A DNA stretch of 64,000 nt from assembly GCA_035530075.1 (NCBI GenBank), contig DATKVM010000005.1, forward strand, positions 231,006 through 295,005, read 5' to 3'. Below the pieces are notes generated by a model that saw nothing but the letters and a program-made list of their open reading frames with translations, did not search any database and was not told the origin of the DNA. Within the stretch, counting starts at the first letter, position 1. Each line of letters begins with the position of its first letter. The translations under genes were made by a program, and so were the position numbers. This document shows, piece by piece, positions 54,346-63,180 of the stretch. This DNA is from Patescibacteria group bacterium (GTDB lineage: Bacteria; Patescibacteriota; Microgenomatia; UM-FILTER-40-11).

Positions 54346-55074
54346 ATGCCATTTCTGAATGTTCTCATCTTTGGCTCACTGGCTGGCTTGGCCACCCTCT
54401 TGGGGATTTATTTAATTGTTAAGCAAGAAAAATGGGCCCAAAAGAATTTAATTTATCTTATTTCTTTTTCGGCTGGCGTTTTGCTTTCCTTTTCTTTTGT
54501 TCACCTTCTGCCGGAGGCACTTGACCAAAGCAAAGGCGCTCTCTTTATCACTCTAATCTCTTTTTTGGCTTTTTATATTTTGGAACATGCCCTAACGCTT
54601 CACACCTGCGAAGAGGGAGGAGAATGTCCTCCACATGAGACTTTTACTTTGGTTTCGTGGGTCGGGCTTTTTGTCCATTCTCTAATCGACGGAGTGGTTA
54701 TCGGGGCCGGATTTGAAGTTTCCTTTGCTTTAGGGATTCTGTCGACGCTGGCGGTCTTATTGCATGAATTGCCTGAAGGGGTATCCTCAATGGCCATAAT
54801 GCTTTATGGCGGTTATTCGGTTAGAGAAGCCATTAAGTATTCAGTCTGGGTGGCCCTGGCCACTCCTTTTGGGGCGGTTATTTCTTTCCTCCTCTTGGGA
54901 AAAACTAACAGTGGTTTGGTGGGGCTGCTTTTGGCGGTTGCCGCGGGTAGCTTTTTGTATGTGGCTGCTTCAGATTTGATTCCGGAAATTCACAAGAAAA
55001 GCCGAGTCCTAAATATCTTTTTGACTCTTCTGGGGGCCTTAGTTCCCTTCATTGCCAGTCTCTTTTTGAGATAA
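54346..55074 (+). CDS. ZIP-family metal transporter (ZupT-like)
   Basis: 'HELPEG' signature and multiple TM helices. The start is set at Met 'MPFLNV' just after the korB stop. Confidence 0.7.
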   Translation: MPFLNVLIFGSLAGLATLLGIYLIVKQEKWAQKNLIYLISFSAGVLLSFSFVHLLPEALDQSKGALFITLISFLAFYILEHALTLHTCEEGGECPPHETFTLVSWVGLFVHSLIDGVVIGAGFEVSFALGILSTLAVLLHELPEGVSSMAIMLYGGYSVREAIKYSVWVALATPFGAVISFLLLGKTNSGLVGLLLAVAAGSFLYVAASDLIPEIHKKSRVLNIFLTLLGALVPFIASLFLR

Positions 55075-55190
55075 TTTTTTGCTTGCGGACCCTCTTTTCT
55101 TTGGATAAAATTCTGGTCAAGATTGTCCATGGTCTTTTCTCTTTGGGCTGAGATTAAGAACTTGGCAAACTTTGACAGCGGAGGGGTGAA

Positions 55191-55346
55191 ATGAGTTGGG
55201 TAAGAGTCGTTGGGGTGGTAATCGCCGCGGTTGGCGTAGGAGTGCACGTTTACATTGCCAGGAGATATCCTCCAATCAGATGGCTGGTAACGGGGGGTGC
55301 GGTGTTAGAGGCAATTGGAGTAACGGTGCTGGCAGCGACAAGATAA
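55191..55346 (+). CDS. Small membrane protein (51 aa, hypothetical), not in the ORF track
   Basis: 'MSWVRVVGVVIAAVGVGVHVYIARRYPPIRWLVTGGAVLEAIGVTVLAATR'. Confidence 0.3.
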   Translation: MSWVRVVGVVIAAVGVGVHVYIARRYPPIRWLVTGGAVLEAIGVTVLAATR

Positions 55347-55386
55347 CTCCCGAAGGGGGGTCTTTCAAACTTTAGACCCCCCCCTT

Positions 55387-56310
55387 TTACTGGGAAAATT
55401 GCGGTTGAGAATAATCAGCAATATAAATCGCGATTTCTTCATAAGATTTAATATTTTTCCCTTCAAAGACAACTTTGGCAATTTTCCCTTTTTTGGTTTT
55501 CTCACTCCAGGGCTGATCAAAAATAAAGTTGCCCAGAGAATAAAAAATTAAGCCGCTTTGATATTTTTCGGTCGGTTGAGTAACGTGGGGATGATGACCG
55601 ATGATTACTTTTGCTCCGGAATCAATAATTTGGTGAGCCAGGTCTTTTTGCCAGGGCAGAGGCTCTTTTTGATATTCGCCCCCCCAGTGCAAAGAGACAA
55701 CGAGAACATCTACTTTATTCGCATTTTTCTTTACTTCTTCTACCACGGCCGCTTTGGGATAAGTGACTAAGTCAAAGGAAAGAAAACCGAAAGTTAGCTT
55801 GTTAGCAAGATAGCTGGTTAATTGGTTGGATGAAGGAAGGATTCCATTTTTATTTAAAAGCGCGGTGGTTTGGGAAAGTCCTTCTGGCCCGTGATTGAGA
55901 ATGTGATTATTAGCGATTGACAAAACATCAAACCCGGCAAATTTAAGCCCCTCAATGGCCTCTTCCCGACTGCAAAAAATCATTCCGACAGAGGTGGTAG
56001 GGCAATTGTCGATGATTGGTGATTCCAGATTGCCGAAAGTGATATCAGCGGCGGCGATAGTTGAAGCAGTTTTCAGAAAAGGATATTTAAAATCCTGGTA
56101 TTTTAACATTTGGACATTAACCATTCGGCCGAGCATCACGTCTCCAACGGCAATTAGCGTGACAGCTTTTCTTTTAAAAAAAGGAAAGTGAACAGGGGGG
56201 ATGGTTTTGGTGGCGGTGGAGGCAGGAGAAGAGGGGAGTTGACGGATTTGCCAGAATAAAGTCCCACTAAGTAAAAAAAGTAGGCTTAGCAAGAAGAGAA
56301 TCTTTTTCAT
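55387..56310 (-). CDS. CapA/PgsA-family metallophosphoesterase
   Basis: 'VLVVSLHWGGEY...VIIGHHPHVTQP' motifs. N-terminal signal/TM. Confidence 0.65.
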   Translation of the reverse strand: MKKILFLLSLLFLLSGTLFWQIRQLPSSPASTATKTIPPVHFPFFKRKAVTLIAVGDVMLGRMVNVQMLKYQDFKYPFLKTASTIAAADITFGNLESPIIDNCPTTSVGMIFCSREEAIEGLKFAGFDVLSIANNHILNHGPEGLSQTTALLNKNGILPSSNQLTSYLANKLTFGFLSFDLVTYPKAAVVEEVKKNANKVDVLVVSLHWGGEYQKEPLPWQKDLAHQIIDSGAKVIIGHHPHVTQPTEKYQSGLIFYSLGNFIFDQPWSEKTKKGKIAKVVFEGKNIKSYEEIAIYIADYSQPQFSQ

Positions 56311-56335
56311 CTCTCCTTCATTATATAATCAAGCC

Positions 56336-56902
56336 ATGAGGGTATTTGTTGCGATTGAGTTGCCCCAAGACTTAAAAGAAAAAATCTTTGCTTTGGCGGA
56401 GAAAGTAAGTCGGGGGATGGCAATTAAACTGGTAGAGAAAGAAAATCTTCATTTAACCCTGGCTTTTTTGGGGGAAGTTCCCGAAGAAAAAGTTCAAGAG
56501 ATAGTGGGGGTTTTGAGGCCCTCTTTTGCCAAGGCTTCGGAGGGTGAAGGATTAAGAAGAGTGGGTAAAATCTGTCTAAGTTTAGGTAAGTGGGAGCCGT
56601 TTCCCAACAAACAAAGGCCTCACGGAATTTGGATTAATGTTGGTGGAGAGACGGGAAAGCTATTTTCTTTGTACAAAAAAATTATTGATGGGCTTTTGGT
56701 GAGGGGATTTATTTTAGAAGGTGAGGACTTACAGTTTTCGCCTCATATTACCGTTGGTCGGCTTAAAAGTGGGGGAGCCAGGTCTTTGGAAAAAGTATCT
56801 CTGCCAGAAAGCTTTGTGGCGGAGAGAGTGACCCTTTTTGAAAGCCGGCTCACCGAAAAAGGGCCGATATATTCCAAAATTGGCGAATTTGGGGTAAAAT
56901 AA
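56336..56902 (+). CDS. thpR: RNA 2',3'-cyclic phosphodiesterase (LigT/ThpR, 2H family)
   Basis: Two H-x-T/S-x motifs: 'HLTLAFLG' and 'HITVGR'. Confidence 0.75.
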   Translation: MRVFVAIELPQDLKEKIFALAEKVSRGMAIKLVEKENLHLTLAFLGEVPEEKVQEIVGVLRPSFAKASEGEGLRRVGKICLSLGKWEPFPNKQRPHGIWINVGGETGKLFSLYKKIIDGLLVRGFILEGEDLQFSPHITVGRLKSGGARSLEKVSLPESFVAERVTLFESRLTEKGPIYSKIGEFGVK

Positions 56903-56907
56903 GGCCA

Positions 56908-57570
56908 GTGTTAGATTTTACTGTTTTTGTAAACTTCAAGACTTATCCTCAAGGAACTGGGGAAGATGCCATTAGATTAACCCAAATTTGTCAAGCAGTC
57001 AGTCAGGAGAAAAATCTCCCCGTTATCCCTATTGTCCAAGCGGCCGATTTACATTCCGTCAAAGAAGCGGTCAAAATTCCCGTTTGGGTAGAGCACCTCG
57101 ACCCTCAACCGGCCGGTCCTTTTACCGGCTGGACGGTTTTAGAAACCATTTTAGTTGAGGGTAGCAGTGGCGCTTTGCTTAATCACAGCGAACATCCCTT
57201 ATCTCCCGGAACCGTCAGACAAATTATTAACCGGGCTAGAAAACAATCAAAAAAATTCACTCTCATGGTTTGCGCTAAGACCTTGGGCCAAATGGAAAGA
57301 CTGGTAAAACTTAAACCAGATTTTTTAGCTTATGAAATTAGTGAACTGATTGGCGGGAAAGTTGCCATTACCGATTTTGACTCCAAAGCGATTAAACACG
57401 CGGTTGAAATTAGCGGCGAAATCCCTTTAGTGGTTGGGGCAGGAATCCATAAAGCTGAAGATTTGGTCAAGGCCCGTGATCTTGGAGCTAAAGGAGTTTT
57501 AATCTCGTCGGCCGTTGTTTTGGCTAAAGACCCAAAGGAAAAACTAACAGAGTTGTTAAAATTAATTTAA
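56908..57570 (+). CDS. tpiA: Triose-phosphate isomerase (short archaeal-type)
   Basis: 'VNFKTYPQG', 'LLNHSEHPLS' and 'VVGAGI' in a ~220-aa protein. Confidence 0.7.
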   Translation: MLDFTVFVNFKTYPQGTGEDAIRLTQICQAVSQEKNLPVIPIVQAADLHSVKEAVKIPVWVEHLDPQPAGPFTGWTVLETILVEGSSGALLNHSEHPLSPGTVRQIINRARKQSKKFTLMVCAKTLGQMERLVKLKPDFLAYEISELIGGKVAITDFDSKAIKHAVEISGEIPLVVGAGIHKAEDLVKARDLGAKGVLISSAVVLAKDPKEKLTELLKLI

Positions 57571-57593
57571 CTTCTGCCCGGGAGGGTAAAGTC

Positions 57594-58028
57594 ATGATCT
57601 ACCTTGGTGCTGACCATAGAGGTTATGGATTAAAGGAAAAGATTAAAACTTGGCTTAAGGGGTGGGAGTATGAATTTGAGGATTTGGGTAATGATCGCCT
57701 TGATTCGGAGGATGACTATCCTGATTTTGCCATCAAGGTCGCCAAAAAGTTAGGTAAGGAAGGAAATTTTGGGGTTTTGGTTTGTGAATCGGGAGTGGGG
57801 ATGGATATTGTCGCTAACCGATTCCCTAAAGTGCGTTGCGGCTTGGGATTTTCTCAACAGCAAATTCGGCTGGCGAAAAGGGATGATAATATTAACTGTC
57901 TGACATTGGCAGCTGATTTTGTCAGTGATGACGACGCCAAAGCCATTATTCAAATCTTTTTGGAAACCCAATTTTCCAAGGGAGAGAAATACTTAAGAAG
58001 GTTGAAGAAGATTGAAAAGATTAAATGA
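57594..58028 (+). CDS. rpiB: Ribose-5-phosphate isomerase B
   Basis: 'IYLGADHRGYGLKEKI' and 'GVLVCESGVGMDIVANR'. Confidence 0.8.
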   Translation: MIYLGADHRGYGLKEKIKTWLKGWEYEFEDLGNDRLDSEDDYPDFAIKVAKKLGKEGNFGVLVCESGVGMDIVANRFPKVRCGLGFSQQQIRLAKRDDNINCLTLAADFVSDDDAKAIIQIFLETQFSKGEKYLRRLKKIEKIK

Positions 58029-58062
58029 TTGTTTCATTGTTCAATTGTTTCATTGTTAAACG

Positions 58063-59097
58063 GTGATAAAGCTGCCTAAATTAGCCGACTTCGGTTTTAA
58101 AGGGAAAAAAGTTTTAGTCAGAGCGGATTTGGATGCACCCCTCCTTCGTCAAGACTTCGGAGGGCAAGCCCTTATTGAGGATGACGCCCGGATAAAAGAG
58201 TCTCTTCCCACGATAAAATATCTTCTTGAACGCGGCGCTTCGGTGATCCTCATGGGGCATTTGGGAAGGCCAGAGGGGAAGGTGGTTGAAGAACTTCGAA
58301 TGCTTCCTGTAGCCCAGGATCTCAGTTCAAAATTCAAAGTGCAAAGTTCAAAACTACAGTGCAAAGTTCAAAACTTTGATGCTTACAAAATTACTGAAAA
58401 TCTTATTTTATTGGAAAATCTAAGGTTTTACCCAGGGGAGGAGAATAACGATTCGGGATTTGCAAAAGAGTTAGCTTCTTTGGGAGATTTTTATGTGAAC
58501 GAAGCGTTTGCGACCAGCCACCGAGCTCACGCTTCCATTGTTGGAGTTCCCAAACTTCTCCCTCATACGGCCGGGCTACATTTTGCTAGAGAGGTGGAAA
58601 ATCTTTCCAAGATAATTGAAAACTCCCAAAGACCGCTGGTAGTCATTATCGGCGGAACAAAAGCGGAGACGAAGTTGCCAATGTTAGAGGAATTTACTAA
58701 GAAGGCAGATTGGGTTTTAGTGGGCGGAACTCTGGCAAAAGGGAATATCGAAGAAAAGCCGCAGAATGTTTTATCAGCCAACCTAACGAATGATGGTTTT
58801 GATATTAATGAAGAATCAATTGAAAAATTTAGTGGGATTATTAAAGCGGCGGGAACAATAGTTTGGAATGGGCCGATGGGGAAATATGAAGATGAAAAGT
58901 GGGAGGCGGGAACGAGAGAAATTGCCCAAGCGATCACCGACTCGTCAGCCTTTAAGGTTGTTGGTGGGGGAGACACAATTGCCGCCTTGACCAAATTCGG
59001 ACTTCTTGACAAAATGGATTATATAAGCACCGGGGGAGGAGCGATGCTGGAATTCCTGGCTAAAGGAACTTTACCCGGGATTGATGCTCTTAAATGA
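58063..59097 (+). CDS. pgk: Phosphoglycerate kinase
   Basis: 'MGHLGRPEG', 'LLENLRFYPGEE', 'VVGGGDT' and 'STGGGAMLEFL'. Confidence 0.85.
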   Translation: MIKLPKLADFGFKGKKVLVRADLDAPLLRQDFGGQALIEDDARIKESLPTIKYLLERGASVILMGHLGRPEGKVVEELRMLPVAQDLSSKFKVQSSKLQCKVQNFDAYKITENLILLENLRFYPGEENNDSGFAKELASLGDFYVNEAFATSHRAHASIVGVPKLLPHTAGLHFAREVENLSKIIENSQRPLVVIIGGTKAETKLPMLEEFTKKADWVLVGGTLAKGNIEEKPQNVLSANLTNDGFDINEESIEKFSGIIKAAGTIVWNGPMGKYEDEKWEAGTREIAQAITDSSAFKVVGGGDTIAALTKFGLLDKMDYISTGGGAMLEFLAKGTLPGIDALK

Positions 59098-60122
59098 TAA
59101 AACTTGCCATTAACGGTTTTGGGAGAATTGGGAGAATTGCCTTTAGACAGGCACTTTTAGACTTTAAGGACGAAATCGAGGTGGTGGCGATTAATACTTC
59201 CGGCTCGATGGAACCAGAAGGTTGGGCCACGCTTTTAAAATACGATTCGGTTTACCGGACTTTCCCTAAAGAAGTTAAAGTGGCGGAGGCGCAAGGTTCG
59301 CGGGAAATCGGCTCGCTTTTAGTGGAAGGGGAACTTTATCCTTTGCTGGCGGAAAGAGAGCCCCTAAAAATTCCCTGGTTTGCTTATGAGCCGGAGGTGG
59401 TGATTGAGTCGACTGGTGCTTTTCGGAAGGCAGAAGAGGCGGAGAAACATTTAAAAGCAGGCGCTCCGAAGGTAATTATTTCCGCTCCTCCCAAAGGTGA
59501 AGGTGTGCCGATATTTTTAATGGGAGTGAACGAGGGAAGATATAAAAGAGAGCGAATTATTTCCAATGGTTCCTGCACGACCAATTGCGTCGCCCCGATT
59601 GTGAAGCTGGTCAAAGAGAAGTTTGGCATTGAGCAGGCGGCTTTGACGACGATTCACGCTTATACGGCGGATCAGGAATTAGTTGACGGTTCTCATAAGG
59701 ATTTGCGTCGGGCGCGGGCGGCGGCTCAAAATGTTATTCCGACCGAAACCGGGGCGGCTGAGTCGGTAATTGCTATCTTTCCTGATTTGAAAGGTAAATT
59801 TGCCGGCTCATCCATCCGGGTGCCAGTTATTTGCGGTTCTTATTCTGATTTAACTTTCAAGGTCCAAAAAAAGGCGACGATTAACGACCTAAATTCTCTT
59901 TTCCAAAAAGCGGCAGAGGGTAGAATGAAAGGAATCCTAGCTGTTACCAGCGATCCGATTGTTTCGGGTGATATTATTGGCAACCCCGCTTCCTCTATTG
60001 TTGATTTGAATATGACCACGGTGGTAGCGGATGATTTTATCCAAGTAGGCGCTTGGTATGACAATGAATGGGCTTATGCCAAGAGACTTTTAGAAGAAGC
60101 AATTTATATTGCCGAAAAGTAA
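59094..60122 (+). CDS. gap: Glyceraldehyde-3-phosphate dehydrogenase
   Basis: 'INGFGRIGR' and the catalytic 'SNGSCTTNC'. Confidence 0.9.
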   Translation: MIKLAINGFGRIGRIAFRQALLDFKDEIEVVAINTSGSMEPEGWATLLKYDSVYRTFPKEVKVAEAQGSREIGSLLVEGELYPLLAEREPLKIPWFAYEPEVVIESTGAFRKAEEAEKHLKAGAPKVIISAPPKGEGVPIFLMGVNEGRYKRERIISNGSCTTNCVAPIVKLVKEKFGIEQAALTTIHAYTADQELVDGSHKDLRRARAAAQNVIPTETGAAESVIAIFPDLKGKFAGSSIRVPVICGSYSDLTFKVQKKATINDLNSLFQKAAEGRMKGILAVTSDPIVSGDIIGNPASSIVDLNMTTVVADDFIQVGAWYDNEWAYAKRLLEEAIYIAEK

Positions 60123-60761
60123 ATGGCCGAAATTGTTCCCGCAATTCTCACTTCTGAATTTTCCGATTATGCTGAAAAAATGGATTCCCTGGCGGGGATA
60201 ACGAACCGGGTTCAGGTAGATATTATTGACGGTAAATTTGTCAATAATCAGACCATCAGTATGGAATCTTTAAAAAATATAGAAACCAATTTACAAATCG
60301 ATTTGCATCTGATGGTAAAAGAACCGGAAAGATGGGTTAATCGGGCACTGGAAATTTTGCCGGATAGGTTAATTGGTCAAGTAGAAATGATGTTTGATCC
60401 ATTAAAGTTTATCAATGAAACAGTGGGGGGGGGAATGGGAGTGGGCTTGGCCCTGGATTTAGAAACAGCGGTGGAGACAATCTCGGACGAAATTTATCAT
60501 ATGGTGGACTTGGTCCTGGTCTTGGCCGCTAAAGCCGGTTTCAGCGGTCAGGGATTTAATGAGAAAGCGCTCGCAAAAATTGAGAAAATCAGGAAAATTG
60601 TTGGGGACTTAGTCGATGTGGGAGTTGATTGTGGTTTGGATGAGGAAACTATCCCTCTTTGTCAAAAAGCAGGAGCAAATATTTTTTATGTTACTAGTAG
60701 CTTTTGGCAAACTGAAAATTTAGCCAAGAGATATCAAGAGTTGACAAGCCTTATTGCTTAA
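60123..60761 (+). CDS. rpe: Ribulose-phosphate 3-epimerase-like
   Basis: 'IVPAILTSEF...VQVDIIDGKFV' resembles the Rpe N-terminus. 212 aa. Confidence 0.55.
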   Translation: MAEIVPAILTSEFSDYAEKMDSLAGITNRVQVDIIDGKFVNNQTISMESLKNIETNLQIDLHLMVKEPERWVNRALEILPDRLIGQVEMMFDPLKFINETVGGGMGVGLALDLETAVETISDEIYHMVDLVLVLAAKAGFSGQGFNEKALAKIEKIRKIVGDLVDVGVDCGLDEETIPLCQKAGANIFYVTSSFWQTENLAKRYQELTSLIA

Positions 60762-60779
60762 GAGTTTAATTACCAGGAA

Positions 60780-61319
60780 ATGATTAAGAACGTCACTTTT
60801 TTTGGTTCCTCGGAAGTCAAACCCGGTAGTCCGGATTATGATGCGGCTTATCAAACCGCCAAACTTTTGGCCCAGGATGGCTTTCAAATTGTTAATGGGG
60901 GCGGGCCGGGAGTAATGCGGGCCTCCTCTGAAGGAGCAAAAGCTGGGGGTGGGAGAGCGGCGGGGGTTTCTTTTAACCCTAAGGATATGACTCATTTCGA
61001 AGGTCGTGATCCTCAAAATCCTCTGGACCAAGAGATTATCGTTGATGATTATGTTTTAAGAACCCTTAAGCTTTTGGAATTGGGTGACGCCTATTTACTT
61101 TTTAACGGGGGGACGGGAACTATTTCTGAGTTTGGTATGGCTTGGGGCCTGGCCCGACTCTATTTCGGCCATCACAAACCTCTGATTTTATACGGCGCTT
61201 TTTGGCATGAAATTTTGGAAGCTTTTGGCCGCAATATGCTGATTCGACCGGAAGAAGTCAGAGTTTATCGCATTGTCACTACTCCTCAAGAAGTCCTGAC
61301 GGAAATTCGTAAACTTTAA
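60780..61319 (+). CDS. LOG-family (TIGR00730) nucleotide phosphoribohydrolase
   Basis: 'VNGGGPGVMRASSEGA' and 'GGTGTISE' motifs. Confidence 0.65.
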   Translation: MIKNVTFFGSSEVKPGSPDYDAAYQTAKLLAQDGFQIVNGGGPGVMRASSEGAKAGGGRAAGVSFNPKDMTHFEGRDPQNPLDQEIIVDDYVLRTLKLLELGDAYLLFNGGTGTISEFGMAWGLARLYFGHHKPLILYGAFWHEILEAFGRNMLIRPEEVRVYRIVTTPQEVLTEIRKL

Positions 61320-61406
61320 CCAAAAAACTCTTCCATTGCCAAAAAAATCATAACTTTTTCCTTTTGAATTTACCAGAAGAGGAAAAAGTGTTATGATGTT
61401 AATAGA

Positions 61407-62228
61407 ATGATGCCTCTGACTGTTTCTGAACTGGAAGAAAAAAGTAAAAAAATCAGGCGGAGCATCATCGAGATGATTTATCGAGCCGGTTCAGGTCATC
61501 CTGGCGGCAGCCTTTCGGCGACCGATATTTTAGTGGCTCTGTACTTCGGTAATATCTTGAAATTTGATCCCCATTATCCCAAAGCGGAGAAGAGAGATCG
61601 CTTTATTCTCTCTTGTGGTCATGTCTGTCCCGCCTACTACGCCGTCCTGGCCAATTTGGGAGTTTTCAATGAAGGGTTGCTGACAACCTTAAGAGAAAAG
61701 GGTAGTCTCCTTCAAGGGCATCCGTCACTCCTTCATGCTGATTTTTTGGAGACCACCAGCGGTTCTTTAGGACAAGGTCTTTCTTTGGCCGCCGGCAAGG
61801 CTTTGGCTTTAAAACTACGGGGGGAGAAAGAAAAGGTAGTCGTTTTATCTTCTGACGGTGAGCAGAATGAGGGCTCTCACTGGGAGGCGGTTATGTTTGC
61901 GGCTCATCACCGGTTGGACAATCTGAATTTAATTATTGACCAAAACGCTATGCAAATCGGGGGTTGGACCAAGGAAGTTTTAGATCTTCAACCGTTGGTG
62001 GAAAAATATCGTAGTTTTGGTTGGGAGGTTTTCCAAACCAGTGGCCATGAATACTGCCAGCTACTCACGACTTTTAGTAATTTTAATAACCGCCGAAAAA
62101 GCCCCAAGGTAGTTATTTGTCGAACTATCAGGGGCAAGGGAATCTCTTTTATGGAGGGACAGGAAAAGTACCATGCGGCGACTTTGACTGAAGAAGAATA
62201 TCAAAGAGCGGTGGGGGAGCTAGTGTAA
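61407..62228 (+). CDS. tkt: Transketolase, N-terminal (TPP pyrophosphate-binding) subunit
   Basis: 'GSGHPGGSLSATDIL', 'SCGHVCPAYYA' and 'SSDGEQNEGSHWEA'. Split-gene arrangement with the next ORF. Confidence 0.8.
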   Translation: MMPLTVSELEEKSKKIRRSIIEMIYRAGSGHPGGSLSATDILVALYFGNILKFDPHYPKAEKRDRFILSCGHVCPAYYAVLANLGVFNEGLLTTLREKGSLLQGHPSLLHADFLETTSGSLGQGLSLAAGKALALKLRGEKEKVVVLSSDGEQNEGSHWEAVMFAAHHRLDNLNLIIDQNAMQIGGWTKEVLDLQPLVEKYRSFGWEVFQTSGHEYCQLLTTFSNFNNRRKSPKVVICRTIRGKGISFMEGQEKYHAATLTEEEYQRAVGELV

Positions 62229-63161
62229 ATGACCAATGACCGATCGCCAATGGCCAAGTCAATGCGCGATGCCTTTGGGGCGGCAATGTTGGAACTAGGG
62301 AAAGCAAACCCTTCGGTGCTGGCGTTGACAGCCGATTTGGGTCCTTCAGTCAGATTAACCGAATTTGCCCGGGAATTTCCCGAGCGATATTTCAATGTTG
62401 GAGTGGCGGAAGCCAACTTAATCGGTCTGGGGGCAGGGCTAGCCCTAGAAGGCTTTATCCCTTTTTGCGCTTCTTTTGCTGTCTTTGTTTCCGGCCGCTG
62501 TTTCGACCAAATTCGAGTTTCTGTTTGCCAGAATAAAGCTAATGTTAAATTAGTGGGTTCCCACCTTGGTTTTACAAATGCTGGCGACGGGGCGACGGCT
62601 CAAAGTATTGAAGATATTGCTTTAATGCGGACACTGCCTGGAATGACGATTATTTGTCCAGCTGACGCTCGAGAAGTCAAAAAAGCGGTTTTTAAGATGG
62701 CAGAAATTCCTGGGCCAATGTATTTGCGACTTTCTCGGGCAGAAACACCGGTTTTTACTCCGGAAGCGGCAAAGTTCGAAATTGGGCAGGCCCAAGTACT
62801 CCGGGCGGGTAAAAAGGTAACCATTGTTGCTTGCGGCTCCTTAGTTTATGCAGCTTTGGAGGCGGCGGAGAAGATTGACGGAGAAGTAATTAGTCTTTCT
62901 ACAATCAAGCCTTTGGATAAAGAAACGGTTTTGACTTCAGCGAAAAAAACCGGCCGCGTTTTGACTCTGGAGGAACATTCGATTTATGGTGGCATGGGTT
63001 CGGCGGTAGCCGAGTTTCTAAGCCAAGAATATCCGGTGCCGGTAAAAATCATTGGCATCCCTGATGTTTTCGGCGAATCAGCCCGTAGTTACCAAGAACT
63101 ACTTGATAAATATGGCTTGACAACCGAAAATATGGTTAAAATAGCTGATGGCTTTAAATAG
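62229..63161 (+). CDS. tkt: Transketolase, C-terminal (pyrimidine-binding) subunit
   Basis: Adjacent in the same orientation with a 0-nt gap. Typical TK C-terminal domain. Confidence 0.8.
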   Translation: MTNDRSPMAKSMRDAFGAAMLELGKANPSVLALTADLGPSVRLTEFAREFPERYFNVGVAEANLIGLGAGLALEGFIPFCASFAVFVSGRCFDQIRVSVCQNKANVKLVGSHLGFTNAGDGATAQSIEDIALMRTLPGMTIICPADAREVKKAVFKMAEIPGPMYLRLSRAETPVFTPEAAKFEIGQAQVLRAGKKVTIVACGSLVYAALEAAEKIDGEVISLSTIKPLDKETVLTSAKKTGRVLTLEEHSIYGGMGSAVAEFLSQEYPVPVKIIGIPDVFGESARSYQELLDKYGLTTENMVKIADGFK

Positions 63162-63180
63162 CGTCAATCACTCAAATTAA

